From Octopus vulgaris (lineage: Eukaryota), in assembly GCA_951406725.2 (NCBI GenBank), contig OX597834.1:38998001-39062000 (forward strand): 64,000 bases of DNA, given 5' to 3'. A model generated the notes under the pieces. The model did no database searches and had not been told where the DNA came from. It saw only the letters and a program-made list of their open reading frames with translations. Positions 1 to 15,529 of this stretch are shown here, in pieces (position 1 is the stretch's first letter; each line of letters opens with the position of its first letter). The position numbers and the translations under genes were made by a program.

Positions 1-174
1 GGTAGTGGTGATGTTTGGCCCCGGGACCAGCTCTGACTGAACCGATCTACGATCAAAAACATTCCAATCCTGACCATCACATTTGATGTCGGTGGGTGAG
101 ATGAGGTTGGCGGAGGAAGGCCTTGCTACTATTTTATCTACTGTATCCTTTGCTTTATCAAAGCGAATATACAA

Positions 175-321
175 GGCGCAGACGTGGCTGTGTAGCAAGA
201 AGGTTTGTTCCCCAGCCACATGGTTTCGGGTTCAGTTCCATCGCGTGGCATTTTGGACAAACGTCATCAATTATAGCCTCGGGTCAAACAAAGTATTCGG
301 AGAGGATTTGATAGACGGAAG

Positions 322-405
<84 letters not shown>

Positions 406-618
406 GTGATTCTTTGCGTTTGTGTTTTTCCCCTGTAGTAACTTACCGCGTGTTTTGCACCCCCGTGACTTAGAGATTCGGCAAAAAAACCGACAGAATA
501 AGTACCAGAAGCATATATATATATATATAAACAGTACTGGTTACGATTCGTACGACTAAACATTTTCAAGGAGATGCCCCAGCATGGCCGCAGTCTAATG
601 ACTGAAGCAGATAAAATG
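175..618 (+). mobile_element. tRNA-derived CORE-type SINE (family A), diverged full-length copy with internal (GT)n
   Basis: A-box-like GTGGCTGTGTAG, B-box GGGTTCAGTTCC, CORE-like segment, internal microsatellite and 3' tail GCCCCAGCATGGCCGCAGTCTAATGACTGAA; aligns by eye with the copies at 16515 and 56662. Confidence 0.9.
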
Positions 619-1012
619 TATAAATAAACGTAAATGTATAAATAAATAAAATATGTGAATTCTATGAATATTTTTCCTTATAATTTCTTAATTTTAAACT
701 CCATTTTCTAATCCCGCCATATATTATAAAGAAAGGATTATCTCCCTTTTGATAACTGCGACCGCTAGGGAAACCACAAGCGTTTGGAAATTTTCTCGGT
801 TTACGTTTTACAAATGTCTTTCCTTTAAGCTAATAAATGGATATTTGACTCTTAAATTCTAAAACTGAACAAACGTACATAAGTTACTTCATTGGTTAGA
901 AAAGAAGTATTGTATCTTCTTTTGAAGATACTCTAATACTCTAATAATAAGTCTTATTCTCTCGATTGTGTGTATATATGTTTTGTGAATATACATGCAT
1001 ATAAACATATGT

Positions 1013-1049
<37 letters not shown>

Positions 1050-1149
1050 TGTGTGTGTCTGTGTGTGAAAATAGATATAGATATAGATAAATATACACAC
1101 ATACATCATACATACACACATATACATTTTCTTTTACTCCCTTTTATTC

Positions 1150-1185
1150 CTTTCTGTCGAAGAGCGTAGGCTCGAAACGTAAAAG
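1150..1185 (+). ncRNA. Minimal type I hammerhead ribozyme-like motif (variant core)
   Basis: CUUU / CUGUCGA-A / GAGC-GUAG-GCUC / GAA / ACGU / A / AAAG; stems I and II intact, core A6 replaced by U. Confidence 0.6.
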
Positions 1186-1399
1186 ACATTTCCATTTATC
1201 CGGAGCGTCAAACTAATACACTTGCTTGATGTTTCTACACCTGTCACCGTGCAGAAATGGCGTACTCCGAATGAATGAGGTAATGGAATGGAATGATAGA
1301 AAGAATTCCGCTAATTAGGTACTCCAAAGCCATTCGGAAGGATTGTTGGCGATCTTTTCCCTCCGTCTTCCTTTTCTCTTGGACTTTCTTCTGTCTTCT

Positions 1400-1434
1400 G
1401 TTCCTGAAGAAGAGCTTTGCTCGAAACGTAAAAC
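1400..1434 (+). ncRNA. Minimal type I hammerhead ribozyme motif
   Basis: GUUC / CUGAAGA-A / GAGC-UUU-GCUC / GAA / ACGU / A / AAAC; canonical core, one mismatch in stem I. Confidence 0.75.
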
Positions 1435-1559
1435 TAACTTGCTTTCCTTCCCTGAGCGTTTATTAATAATTTGCATGTACCACATCTTCACGTTGTTATT
1501 TTATTCTTCTTCCTGTATTTTTATTTCGTTTTTTTTTGGGGGGGGGGGGGGATTATATA

Positions 1560-1614
<55 letters not shown>

Positions 1615-1696
1615 GTGTGTGTGTGTATGTGTGTGTGTGTGTGTGTGTGTAATGAGTGAGGGAAACGGATAATGGATTCAGCAAGCGTTTTCATAA

Positions 1697-1948
1697 AACA
1701 CAACAACCGTTTCGACCCATCCTGCATCTGTCCCTTACGGGTGGGTTATTGTACAGCTAATTGTGTTGCATCCATTAATGCACGTTGTGTCTCGTCAGGT
1801 TTCTCTTCGTCAGGTGTATCTTAAATAAGATATCTCGCTACATATACTGACGAGACACAGCCTGCATTGATGGGTGCAATGCAACTAACTGTACAATATC
1901 CCACCCGTAAGGGACAGATGCAGGGTGGGTCGAAACGATTGCTGTGTT
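1697..1948. repeat. Inverted repeat with 102-bp arms (1697-1798 and 1847-1948); each arm carries a hammerhead-like motif
   Basis: Arms align without gaps with 12 mismatches in 102 nt by hand count; 48-nt spacer; each arm reads CUGACGA-GAC...GUC-GAAAC outward. Confidence 0.9.
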
Positions 1949-2108
1949 GAATAAATCCATTTTCTGTTTCACTCATTCATTAATAAACTCAACAAACGCT
2001 GCGGAATACAGTGACAATAATATCGTAACTGTGGATGACATCAGGTAGCCTAAACGGTGGAAGTGCTTTAATCGGCTTACTACTATACTTATCCCCCAAA
2101 TCCAAACA

Positions 2109-2161
<53 letters not shown>

Positions 2162-2340
2162 GAATATATACATATACATACATACATACATACATATATA
2201 TATATATATGTATATATACACAGATACATATACACTCTTATGAATATAAATATATATATATATATTTATATGTGAGTATGTATGTATATACGCACCCAGT
2301 GAAAATAGGGGATATTATGAAGATGAGAAAGGCGATGTCA

Positions 2341-2341
2341 A

Positions 2342-2424
<83 letters not shown>

Positions 2425-3069
2425 CTACTGCTGCTGCTGCTGCTACTACTACTACTACTAAAACTACTACTAACACCGCCACCACCATTACCACTGTCAC
2501 CGTCAATGATATTAATTACAACAGGAGCAACATCAATAATAATAATAGTAATACTAATAATAATAATGATTATGATGACGGTGATAATAATTCTTTATAA
2601 TTTTGGCACAAGACCAGTAATTTTGAGGGGCGGGGCTATTATTGCCGTTGTTGTTATTGTTGTTACCACACCCACTACCACACCACTGTAATCATATATT
2701 TTATAATAAAACCCCAAACACCACCCACACCACCACTACCACCCACATCTTCACCGCTGCTGCCAGCATCACTCCCCCAAACCACTTTCCAACCACATTC
2801 GCTAACCTCATCTCCATCTCATTGCTACAACGACGACGACGACGACCACTACCACCACCACCACCGCCACCACCACAACCAACATCATCATCATCATCAC
2901 TATCATCCTCCTCCTCCTCCACATCATCATCATCATCGCCATCATCATCATCACCATCATCGTCATCACCATCACCATCATCATCATTATCATCACCACC
3001 ACCACCACCATCGTCATCATCACCATCATCGTCATCACCATCACCATCATCATCATCATCACCACCACC

Positions 3070-3132
<63 letters not shown>

Positions 3133-3663
3133 GTCATCATCATCATCATCGTCATCATCATCATATACTGTCACCACCATCACCGCTACCGCCATCACCG
3201 CAACTAATTTCACCACCACTACCACCGCTACTACCACTAACACCCACACCGGCACCCGCTCCCCCAACAATCACAAACGCACCAACACCACCAACACTTC
3301 TACCACCACCACCACCACCACCACCACCACCACCACCACCACTACCACCACCACCTCCATCACCCTCTACCATCGTCTTCACCCTCTACCATCGTCTTCA
3401 GAATATCAATCACCAGCAATATACACCTACCACCACCACCACCACAAGAAATTACTGGCACCATCACACTTAATTTTTTTAGCAAAACCACCAGCATGAC
3501 CACCACCAGAACCCCCCGACACCCCCCACCGCCGTCGTCGCCGCCACCACCACCACCCACTACTACAACCACCACTGCTACCACTACTACCACCACCACC
3601 ACCACCATCACCACCACCATCACCACCACCATCACCACAACCACCAGCAGCACCAGAACCACC

Positions 3664-3695
<32 letters not shown>

Positions 3696-3760
3696 CACCC
3701 CACCACCACCACCACTGCTACTACCGCCGCCGCTGCCACTACAATTACTGGCGCACTAAC
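2341..3760. repeat. Compound trinucleotide microsatellite block (ACT/GCT/CAT/CAC/AAC)
   Basis: Direct reading; gives homopolymeric ORFs in all frames. Confidence 0.95.
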
Positions 3761-3879
3761 ATCCATTCTCAGTGCCACACCCCCAGTGTCACACAAAAAA
3801 CTCCCAGTCAGTAACCACCAAACAAACGTCTGCTATTATATATTATATATATGTATATATATGTATGTATGTATCTATC

Positions 3880-3911
<32 letters not shown>

Positions 3912-4289
3912 TAACCTATTTAATATAACCGACATATAAACATGAGTATATGTATATATACATACATATGTATACGTGTGTGTGTGTGTGTGTACTATCC
4001 TATACGTACACGCCCATTTTTATATTCATTCACAATGCTTTCTGTCTTTACCTCTCTTTCTTTTTTCACATACACACACATACACACAGATACACACACA
4101 CTCACTCTCTGTGTCTCTCTCAAACACGCACATATACACACATACATAATCGCAAACATATACACACACAGATATAATCTCTCTCTCTCATTCTCTCTCT
4201 CTCTCTCCCCCCTCTCCTCATCTCTTTCTCTCTCCCTCTCTCCTTCTCTCTCTCTCACTCCCCCTCTCTCTACCTCTCGGTCTCTCTGA

Positions 4290-4337
<48 letters not shown>

Positions 4338-4453
4338 TTGTCTTTTTCATGTTCTCTCTTTATCTCGTTTTGTTTTGAAGAAGTGAAAGAAAAAGAAGGA
4401 AACTAGGCAAGAAGAATGTAGGGAAAGAGAATTAAACGAAGAATGTGTGTGTG

Positions 4454-4497
<44 letters not shown>

Positions 4498-4856
4498 TGT
4501 GTTTTAATAGAAGGAAAAAAGAGAGAGAGGAAGGCACAAAAGTGAGAGATTGTAAAAATGGGCGTGTTATGTCGACTTCTTCTTCTTCCTTCATCATCAT
4601 CATCATCATCATCGTCGTCGTCGTTGTCGTCATCATCGTCTTCGTTGTCGTCGTCGACATCATCACAATAATCATCATCATCATCATCATCATCATCGTC
4701 ATCATCATCACAGCCGACATCTTCTTCTTCTTCTCATTCATCACACACGGATAGATTCATTCAGTTTTCCTCACTCTCCAATTCCATGTGTCTTCTTTCC
4801 CAAATTGCTTCCTTCAATATTGGTCACAACACTTTCTTTTTTTCCCTACATTTTTA

Positions 4857-4946
<90 letters not shown>

Positions 4947-5259
4947 ATCTATCCAGCTAACCAGCTAGGCTGCCAAACATACATACGTACATGCTTACAT
5001 ACAAACATACACATACATATAGACATACAAACATATATATATATATATATGTATGTATGTATATATGTATGCATATGTGTGTATATTTGTGTATGTATGT
5101 CTGTAGATGCATGTGTATGCGTGAGAGTTCTAAACAGAAAGATGGTGTTGTATGCAAAAACAAAAAAAAAAGAAAGAAAACAAAACAAACGAGGGAGAAG
5201 GAAAATTAATAAGAGAATGGTGAGGGGAAAAGGGGGATAGAGAGATAGATAGACAGGTA

Positions 5260-5306
<47 letters not shown>

Positions 5307-5819
5307 GCTAAGAAATGAATGGAATGTAAGAAGGGAAAGAGGAGGGTGAGGAACATAGAGAGAGTAGGAGTGGGAGGGTGTGAGGAGCGAAAGAGAGATA
5401 ATGTGAAGGAGAAGCAGAAGAGAAGAGAGAGAGAGGGAGAGTGAGTGAGGGGAAGAGGATATGGAGAGGGGTGTGTGTAAAAGGGAGAGTGATAGTTGGG
5501 TGATAGTGAAAGAGGGAAAAGATAAAAGAATGAGAACGCAAGAATGAGTGGGAGAGTCAGATGGGAATGGGATGTGTGTGTGTGTGTGAGTGTGTGTGAA
5601 TGTGTGTTTGTGTGCGTAGTCTTTGCATCTCACCGTCTCTCTCTCCCACTCTCTCTCCCTCTCTCTCGTCTCTCTTTCTCTCTCTGTGTGTATATATATA
5701 TTAGACATGTATTACACACACACACACACACATACACACACATATACACACATATACACTCAAGCACATATACATGTATATATATATATATACACACATA
5801 TATATAAATATAAATATAT

Positions 5820-5852
<33 letters not shown>

Positions 5853-6323
5853 TACATATATATACATACACACACCCAAGCATACACACGCACACAGACA
5901 CACACACACACATATGTCCGAGTGTTTTTTCTGTGTGTATGCATCTATTACGTGTAGAGGGAGAGAGAGGGGGAAAGAGAGATGAAGCGAGAGAGAGAGA
6001 GAGGGAGAGAGTGAGAAAGAGAAGGAGAGAAATAGAGTTAAACAGAAAAGTTAGAGAGGGGGGGGTAGAGAGAAAAAGAAAGAGAAAAGGAAATAAAAAA
6101 ACCGAGAGAGAAGCGGAGAGAGAATGAGTAAGGGGAGAGAAGCAATATTCGGAGCTAAAGGAAGGGGAGGCAGAGCAGAGGGGGAAGAAGCAGAAGTTTA
6201 TGAGTGAGAGTGAAGGGAGGAGTGTAAGTGAAGCCGAGGTTCCACTTGGTAGATAGGACGTGGAGTGGAGTGTAGGAGAGAGAGAGTGTGTCAGAGTGTC
6301 AGTGAAAGCAATAGAGCTTAGAC

Positions 6324-6371
6324 ATGGCTACAGTTATAGCTCCATCGCATTGCCGAGTACCCTTTTTTCAG
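6324..6371 (+). CDS. Candidate first coding exon, MATVIAPSHCRVPFFQ (phase 0)
   Basis: GACATGG Kozak-like start, 16 open codons and a CAG|GTAATT donor, downstream of a GA-rich unique region; no recognisable homologue and no confident downstream exon. Confidence 0.4.
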
Positions 6372-6429
6372 GTAATTTCATTTCTGTTATTATTATGTTG
6401 ACTATTTGCTGAAAAGTACAGTGTTATGT

Positions 6430-6464
<35 letters not shown>

Positions 6465-6597
6465 CATACACACAAACACACACACACACATACACACACA
6501 CACACACACGTATATCTATTTCGCTTCTCCAAGTTTTTATTTATATATATATATATATATATATGCATACATCAATACTTACAGAAATACACACACA

Positions 6598-6638
<41 letters not shown>

Positions 6639-6816
6639 TAAATGCATAACATGTACATATACATAAATACATACATGTTTCTATAGTTACGTACATACAA
6701 ACACATACAGACATATATATATATATATATATATACGAATCGATATGTTTATATGTAAATATATATACGAATCGATACATTTACATCTAGCTATATATGT
6801 AAAATATATACATGTT

Positions 6817-6876
<60 letters not shown>

Positions 6877-7182
6877 ATATCTAGCCTTCCATACGTACGT
6901 ACGTATGCGTATATATGCATGCATGTATACATATATACATATTTACACAAGCAAACAAAAATAAATACATACTTTACGTATATACACACAAGCATGCATA
7001 CCTACATTTTCACACATACATATTACATAAATATATAAATACGAGGATACATACATACATACATACATACATACATACATACATACATACATACATACAT
7101 ACATACATACATACATACACATCTGTATGTCTTATCTACCTACCTACCAATCGATCTACCTACCTTTCACTCTATCTATCAA

Positions 7183-7305
<123 letters not shown>

Positions 7306-7634
7306 ATCTATCTATCTGTCCATCTATCTATCTATCCATTTATCTAGCTTATTTTATCTGTCCGTCTATCTCTGCATATGTGTGCGTATAATTAACAGAT
7401 AAATGTGCTTTCTTGCTTTTAAAAACTTCAAAGCAATTTATAAAAACATACGTATTCACACGCATATCTTATAACATGCGATGATATTTCTATATTAATA
7501 GTATAGAAATATCAACACATACGTTTATGCGTACAGTAACAGAAATATTTACATAAATATATATCATTATAGAGCCATAATACATATAATACATATGTGT
7601 ATGTATATGTGTGTGTGTGTTTACATACATGCAT

Positions 7635-7684
<50 letters not shown>

Positions 7685-8118
7685 ATATATTCAAATATGT
7701 ATATATATATATATATGTTTCTATATATATATAAATGTATAAACATGCACACAATTAACACACTTAAATACATTTATATATAAATGTACATGTATAATAT
7801 AACATGTATAATATTATATGATGCATGTACAAGGATGTATATGTGGAAACGTGCGAAGATATGAACGCTCGTCCAGGCATACATATATACATACATGCAT
7901 ATATTACATACATACATACATACGTACATACATACATACACACTACATACATACATACATACATACATACATACATACATACATACATACATACATACAT
8001 ACATACATACATACATACATACATACATACATACATACATACATACATACATACATACAAACATACATACATACATACATACACACATACATACATACAT
8101 ACATACATACATACATAC

Positions 8119-8149
<31 letters not shown>

Positions 8150-8923
8150 TACATACATACATACATACATACATACATACATACATACATACATACATAC
8201 ATACATACATACATACACACATACATAACCAAACAAACACGCACACACATATGTACATACGTAAGTACCAAGTAATATGCATTATGTATTTATTATCACT
8301 AAAATATAATTAACGACCAGACGAAGCATTTTTGTTTATACACACACACAATTATACACAAACATACGCACTTATATATGGTAATCTGGACATATATATA
8401 TATTCACATACCTAAAGCCACAGATACGCACACATTATATATATACATACACATATATAATCAAAAGACATTCACGGACGTACATACAAACATATATGTA
8501 TTTATGTGTATATATATATTACTTTCAAGTTTTACCACAACGCCTGTATGTACGCATATATATATGTGTGTGTGTGTATATATTTATGTATATCCTATAG
8601 GTATATATGTAGATATTTATGCATCTATATTGATATTTATGCTCACAATATTTTTCTTGTATTTGCGTAGATATTTATGCACGCAAACACACACCCACAC
8701 ACTTTATGTATACTCATATATACACCTCTGCATAAATATATATCTGTACTCATTTTTACACAAATGTACATGTATGTGCATTGCCACATCACATTGGTTT
8801 TATACTTTCTAAAATGGAGACACATTTCCTATTTATATTCTATATACATACATGCAGTAATTACATTCATGTATACATACATGTACATGTATACGTCTCT
8901 CTGTCACTCCTTCTGACTCTCGC

Positions 8924-8973
<50 letters not shown>

Positions 8974-9594
8974 GATATATATATATATATACACACATAT
9001 ATATACATATATAAACGTGTGTGCATACGTGTATATATACACACATATTTACACGAACAAACGCGCATGATTTTTTGTTGTTTGTTGTTTGTTGTTTTGT
9101 GTATTACATTTATTTGCTCAAAGTTTGGCTTCAAGTTTTTGTGCAATGTTCTTTTAATGGATTGAAAATTTATTTCCTTTGTTTATTACATATGTCTTCT
9201 CGAATTGAATTAAAAAATGTGTTCATTTTTTTTTTAAAAAAAAGGAGAGAGAACACTCGACAAATAATCTATGAAAACCCTCTTAAAGCTCGCCGAATGA
9301 AGTTTCCCCCCTTTTTTTTTTTACATTGATAATTATTGCATGAATTTATACAGCTTTTATTTACGTTTGCTGATAACTATCGTCTGTAAGCTATCCATTT
9401 CCTTCCCATAAAAAGGTTTATCGTCTGTCATCATTTGTCTTTTTACGTACGTTAACTCGTAATACTTTAAGACCTTTTCACAGCCTTGTATTGCATGTGT
9501 TATCGTGTATATACGATTATTACGTACAAATCATGTCTATTATATGACTGAATATATATTATACAGACTGAATATATATGTGTGTGTGTTTGTA

Positions 9595-9625
<31 letters not shown>

Positions 9626-9774
9626 TTATATTTATATATATATATGTATATTTGTATCATAAGCGTGTGTTTTGTGTTGTGAGCTTAATGTCGGAAATCT
9701 GTGTGTGTGTGTGTGCGTGTGATGTAATGTTTTACTGAGCTTTGTACAAAGAATTATGTTGTTATGTTGTTATT

Positions 9775-9950
9775 GTTGGTTGTGGTTTAAGCCGAAGCCT
9801 AGCTCTAATTAACGAACCTATAAAATGCTGTTCCAGCTATGACCACCCCGTCATAGAGTAGTGTATGTAGAAGAAATTCATACTTTGCCATCCTCCATTT
9901 GCATTCTTTAACACTGGGAGTGTAGAATTTTAGGGAGATTCGGCGGCTAC
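9775..9950 (+). mobile_element. Old dispersed repeat (family C); related copies at about 12-80, 21560-21710, 24690-24872, 30395-30535(-), 43310-43465, 43972-44095, 46135-46280(-) and 61025-61230(-)
   Basis: Recurring degenerate motifs GTTTAACCC(C/T)AGG, TTCCAGC.ATGACCATCC and GGAGATTTGGCTGCTATTTCT. Confidence 0.6.
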
Positions 9951-10056
9951 AAAACAAAGAATTGGAAAGAATTCCATAAGTACATATATATATACTTATA
10001 TACATACATGTATACATAAATGCATGCATATATACGTAAATATATGTATATGTATG

Positions 10057-10195
<139 letters not shown>

Positions 10196-10449
10196 TAGCT
10201 ATCTATATATATATATGCATATATATTTATTCATACATATATATACATATACATTACATACATATATGCATACACACACAAACACACACACACATATATA
10301 GTTATACATACATATCTATATACATACATACATATATACATACATACACACACACATACACACATATATATATACACATATATATACATATATATATACA
10401 CACACACACATATATATATATACACACATATATTTTTATAAATGCATTC

Positions 10450-10483
<34 letters not shown>

Positions 10484-10576
10484 GTTTTTATAAATGCATT
10501 CATATATATATATATGTGTGTGTGTGTATATATACACATATATAAATATGTGTACATTATATATATCTATGCAAGC

Positions 10577-10730
10577 TTCAAATTCCGCCGAGGTCGACTT
10601 TGCCTTTCATCCTTTAGGGGTCGATAAATTAAGTACCAGTTACGCACTGGGGTCGATGTAGTCGACTTAATCCCTTTGTCTGTCCTTGTTTGTCCCCTCT
10701 GTGTTTAGCCCCTTGTGGGTAGTAAAGAAA
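10577..10730 (+). mobile_element. Meta-domain-like SINE (family B), 5'-truncated
   Basis: GAGGTCGACTTTGCCTTTCATCCTTTAGGGGTCGATAAATTAAGTACCAG resembles the MetaSINE central domain; several copies occur in the window. Confidence 0.8.
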
Positions 10731-10778
10731 TATATATCTATGCAAGACATATATGAGTACATATATATACATACATAC

Positions 10779-10862
<84 letters not shown>

Positions 10863-11071
10863 GTTTGCGTATATATAATGAGAGAGGAGTGGCTGATAAA
10901 TTAGGAACGGATAGGTAGAAAAGAGATTGCCGCAGGTGAAAAAAAAAAAAGAAAAGAAAACACCAACAACAACAAAAAGAACAGAAAAACTGCCGAAACG
11001 AACATTTCTAAAAATGTATACATGTAAACAATCAGTACAAGATCAGAACTATGTAATATAATGTGCTGCGG

Positions 11072-11134
<63 letters not shown>

Positions 11135-11312
11135 TACGTGTGGTAGATGTATAGTAATTGTTCTTTAACTACTTTTCATGTATAAACGGGTGCGTGTGTG
11201 CTTATGGATACATATATTTATTAACACTTAAATAAATATGCATAGATTATATATGAACGACTATATACATACATACTTACATACATACATATATATATAC
11301 ATATATATATAA

Positions 11313-11358
<46 letters not shown>

Positions 11359-11590
11359 TTATATATATATGTATATATATATACATATACATACATACAT
11401 ACATATACATACATATATATAAGTATGTAAACATATATTATACATACATATATAGATTAGTATGTAAACACACACACACACATATATATATATGTATGTA
11501 TATGTATATATATATATATATTTCTCTATATATATATATACATATGCATATGTGTATATATGTGTATGCGATTACATATGCATGTTTGTA

Positions 11591-11630
<40 letters not shown>

Positions 11631-11784
11631 CATATATATATATATTTATATATGTTTGTATATATATATATCTATATATACATATGTAAGTATGCATATA
11701 TATATCTATATATATACACATATAAATATTCTTTGTTGCACGCATAAATTCATATATGATTTTATGCATTTATACACAGAACCC

Positions 11785-11840
<56 letters not shown>

Positions 11841-11876
11841 GCATATATGTATCCATGTGTGTGGATACATAGATAC

Positions 11877-11924
<48 letters not shown>

Positions 11925-12008
11925 GACAGACAGACAGATAGATAGATAAGCATATAGTAATACACACACACATATATAAATGTATGTATATATCTGTGTA
12001 TACATGTA

Positions 12009-12069
<61 letters not shown>

Positions 12070-12421
12070 GCAAATTATTATTGGCCTTATTTTTCATATA
12101 ATTTTTGTTTAGAGTAATCGAATATTTAATAACCTGAAGAACTCCACTCATTGAAACAGGCGAATAATCTCGAATATCAATACACACACACACACACACG
12201 CACACGTGTGCATATGTGTGTGTATATATATATATATATGTATATATGTATATGTTCATGTGTGTGTGTATGCATGTGTACACAGATTTTGCATGTATAA
12301 AGTAATAATTTATTTTGTAAACGCAGGGCAATATCATATTTTGTTTACTCCTTGATTCGCACTTGTTTAAACTCAGAGCATTAAGGAGGCATTTAATCAT
12401 ATGTGCATATACCCGTTCAAA

Positions 12422-12481
<60 letters not shown>

Positions 12482-12533
12482 TATATATATATTTATATAT
12501 TTATATATGTATATACATATGTATATATATATA

Positions 12534-12573
<40 letters not shown>

Positions 12574-12712
12574 CACATATATAAATATATGTATATGTAT
12601 GTGTATATATATGTACATATATATGTTTGCGTATGTATATATATATATATATATACATATATATCTATACACAGACACACATATATATATTTATATTTAT
12701 ATGTGTATATGC

Positions 12713-12786
<74 letters not shown>

Positions 12787-13161
12787 GTATTTTACATATA
12801 TCTATGCCGGTTGTATATATATGAGTTTATAAGTCCGTGTGTGAGCAATTTATTAATTTATTTAATATTGTTTTGTCGCTTCATAAAACGTGCTTCAATA
12901 TCAGAAGTGAATGTTACAAAACTTATTAAATATATTTGCCGAGTTGCACTTCCCTCTTGTTATATATACAGACGAAAAATGATTAATAAGTGAATATGGT
13001 TAATGACTAAACGCTGATGAAGAACTCTATAACAATTATTAATTAGAGAATGTAGGGTGGGACTTTTTATCAGTCAGAATATTTTGATAGTAATAGAAAA
13101 ATATTATTCAAAATGAATCACAAAGTTCTTAAAACGATATACGCTTGTCTGCTGCAGTTTA

Positions 13162-13213
<52 letters not shown>

Positions 13214-13871
13214 TACACACACACACACACATTGGTGTTGAGGTAGACAAAACTACACAATAACATATTCGTCCACATACATATAATTATATACACTATA
13301 ATTACACATATACACCAACGAACACTAAAAAATACACACCCGCAAACACATATAAAAGCTGGTATAGGTGTATGTATTCATACCCACAGATTCAGAGATG
13401 TACAAATAGAGAGATAAACACACACACACACACACATCAACCTATACATAAATGTGTGTATATGTTGAGTGTGTGTGTGCATGCGTGCGTGTGTGTTTAT
13501 GTGTGTGTGTATAAGTACAATGCATATAATCCATACTATTTTATTTATAAATCTATATATGTATCTATATATGTATATATATATATGTACATATGAATTA
13601 TATATATATGTCTATGTATGTAATGTATATATATATATGCATATATATGTATATATGTATGTTTACATATACGTATATATATGTATATATGTATGTATAT
13701 ATGTATGTATATATATATATCTATATATATACATATATGTATTTATGTATATATGTACATATGTATGTATGTATATATATATGTATATATGTGTATATAT
13801 GTAAGTATATATGTATATACATATATATATATATATATATATACGCACATTTACACATGTACATGCATATA

Positions 13872-13921
<50 letters not shown>

Positions 13922-14122
13922 CATAAACGTACGGGTTTCTTCTCGTTTTCAATTATCTTTCAGTTCGTTACGATGTGTGGTTTGGTGCCTGAAGATTATA
14001 TTCGAGACATTTCTCAAAAATACTAAACTATTAGCTGTACTTAAAGACACATATTGTCTCCTGTAAATAAATAAACGCTACACGCACTCACACACAGATA
14101 TATATATATATATATATGTATA

Positions 14123-14185
<63 letters not shown>

Positions 14186-14205
14186 TATGTCCGCGTGTCT
14201 GTATA

Positions 14206-14247
<42 letters not shown>

Positions 14248-14654
14248 TGTAACAATAGTCAGATAGATAGATAGATAGATAGATAGATATATGCAGTGTG
14301 AGAAGAAGGAGAAATAGACCTCAGTTCTGTATATAGATAATCGTTGCTACTATGCAAAACTGTTCTAAACGGGATACAGAAGTGACTGCAGGGCCCGGAG
14401 TATCGTGATTAACACCAATGAAACTAATTCGAAGCATTTCAATTCAAGTAAGTGTTAGTACATACATAACTATAGATAATACAAATATGTATGTGTGTGT
14501 GTGTATATATATATATGTACCTGTGTGTATGTATGCATGTGGGTGCATATGAGTGTTTATCAATAACTGCAGGTGTGGTGCCACGCCCTTGTTAATATGA
14601 CAACGTACGAAGTAATATTCGTTTAAAGCCATCCAAACCCGCTTCTATACGCAT

Positions 14655-14729
<75 letters not shown>

Positions 14730-15171
14730 CATACATATACTAATAAAAGGGTTCAGCAAAGATTTGCTTCACCACACACCGAAGTTAAGAAATAGCAGCC
14801 AAAAATCTTAGCTATTTCTTCTACTTTAAAAAGGGTCTTCCAGAGAAACCACATACATATATTTACATATATATACACATATACATACATCTATGTATAT
14901 AAATATATATATATATATATATATACATATATGCATACATGCACACATATATGTATATGTTTGTATATATATATAGTTATAGATACATATAAATATATAT
15001 ATATATGTGTGTGTGTAGAAGTATATAATTGTTATTTGGTAAACATGATACACCCTCTTGAGGCGAAGATAATTGAAATACATTAAAATTTTATGTTGTA
15101 TGATGTTTAATACGCTTGTATATATATCGTGCCACTGGCCACTTAGAGTGAATTCTGTTAGTTCATACTTG

Positions 15172-15266
<95 letters not shown>

Positions 15267-15335
15267 CAATTTAACAAATAAAACATATGCATACATACAT
15301 ATATGTACATACCTACATCTATATGTATATATACA

Positions 15336-15366
<31 letters not shown>

Positions 15367-15369
<3 letters not shown>

Positions 15370-15529
15370 TACAGGACACCACAAATAAACGTAGAACACA
15401 ACGAGAAACGAAAACATAAAAACAAACAAGGAAACGGACTTTTTTTAACAACGAAAAAACAGAGTACAAGACAAACAATACAAGGAATATTCCCCTTCTT
15501 CAGCTGCCCCTGGTTCGACTCAATACGTG

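Larger units (their letters stand above)
1130..1520 (+). mobile_element. Penelope-like element remnant (pLTR-like) with two tandem hammerhead motifs
   Basis: Two minimal type I hammerhead motifs 250 nt apart, each followed by a similar ...GAGCGT... segment; such motifs are characteristic of Penelope-like retroelement repeats. Confidence 0.65.

Noticed and set aside
2272-3759. Long poly-L/S/P/T ORFs resembling a mucin or signal-peptide protein
   Set aside because: Pure triplet repeats open in several frames on both strands; no splice or codon evidence
12130-13060. CTGAAGA (12134) and CTGATGA (13014) as hammerhead cores; also CTGACGA near 28175
   Set aside because: No stem II closed by GAAA and no stem I complement
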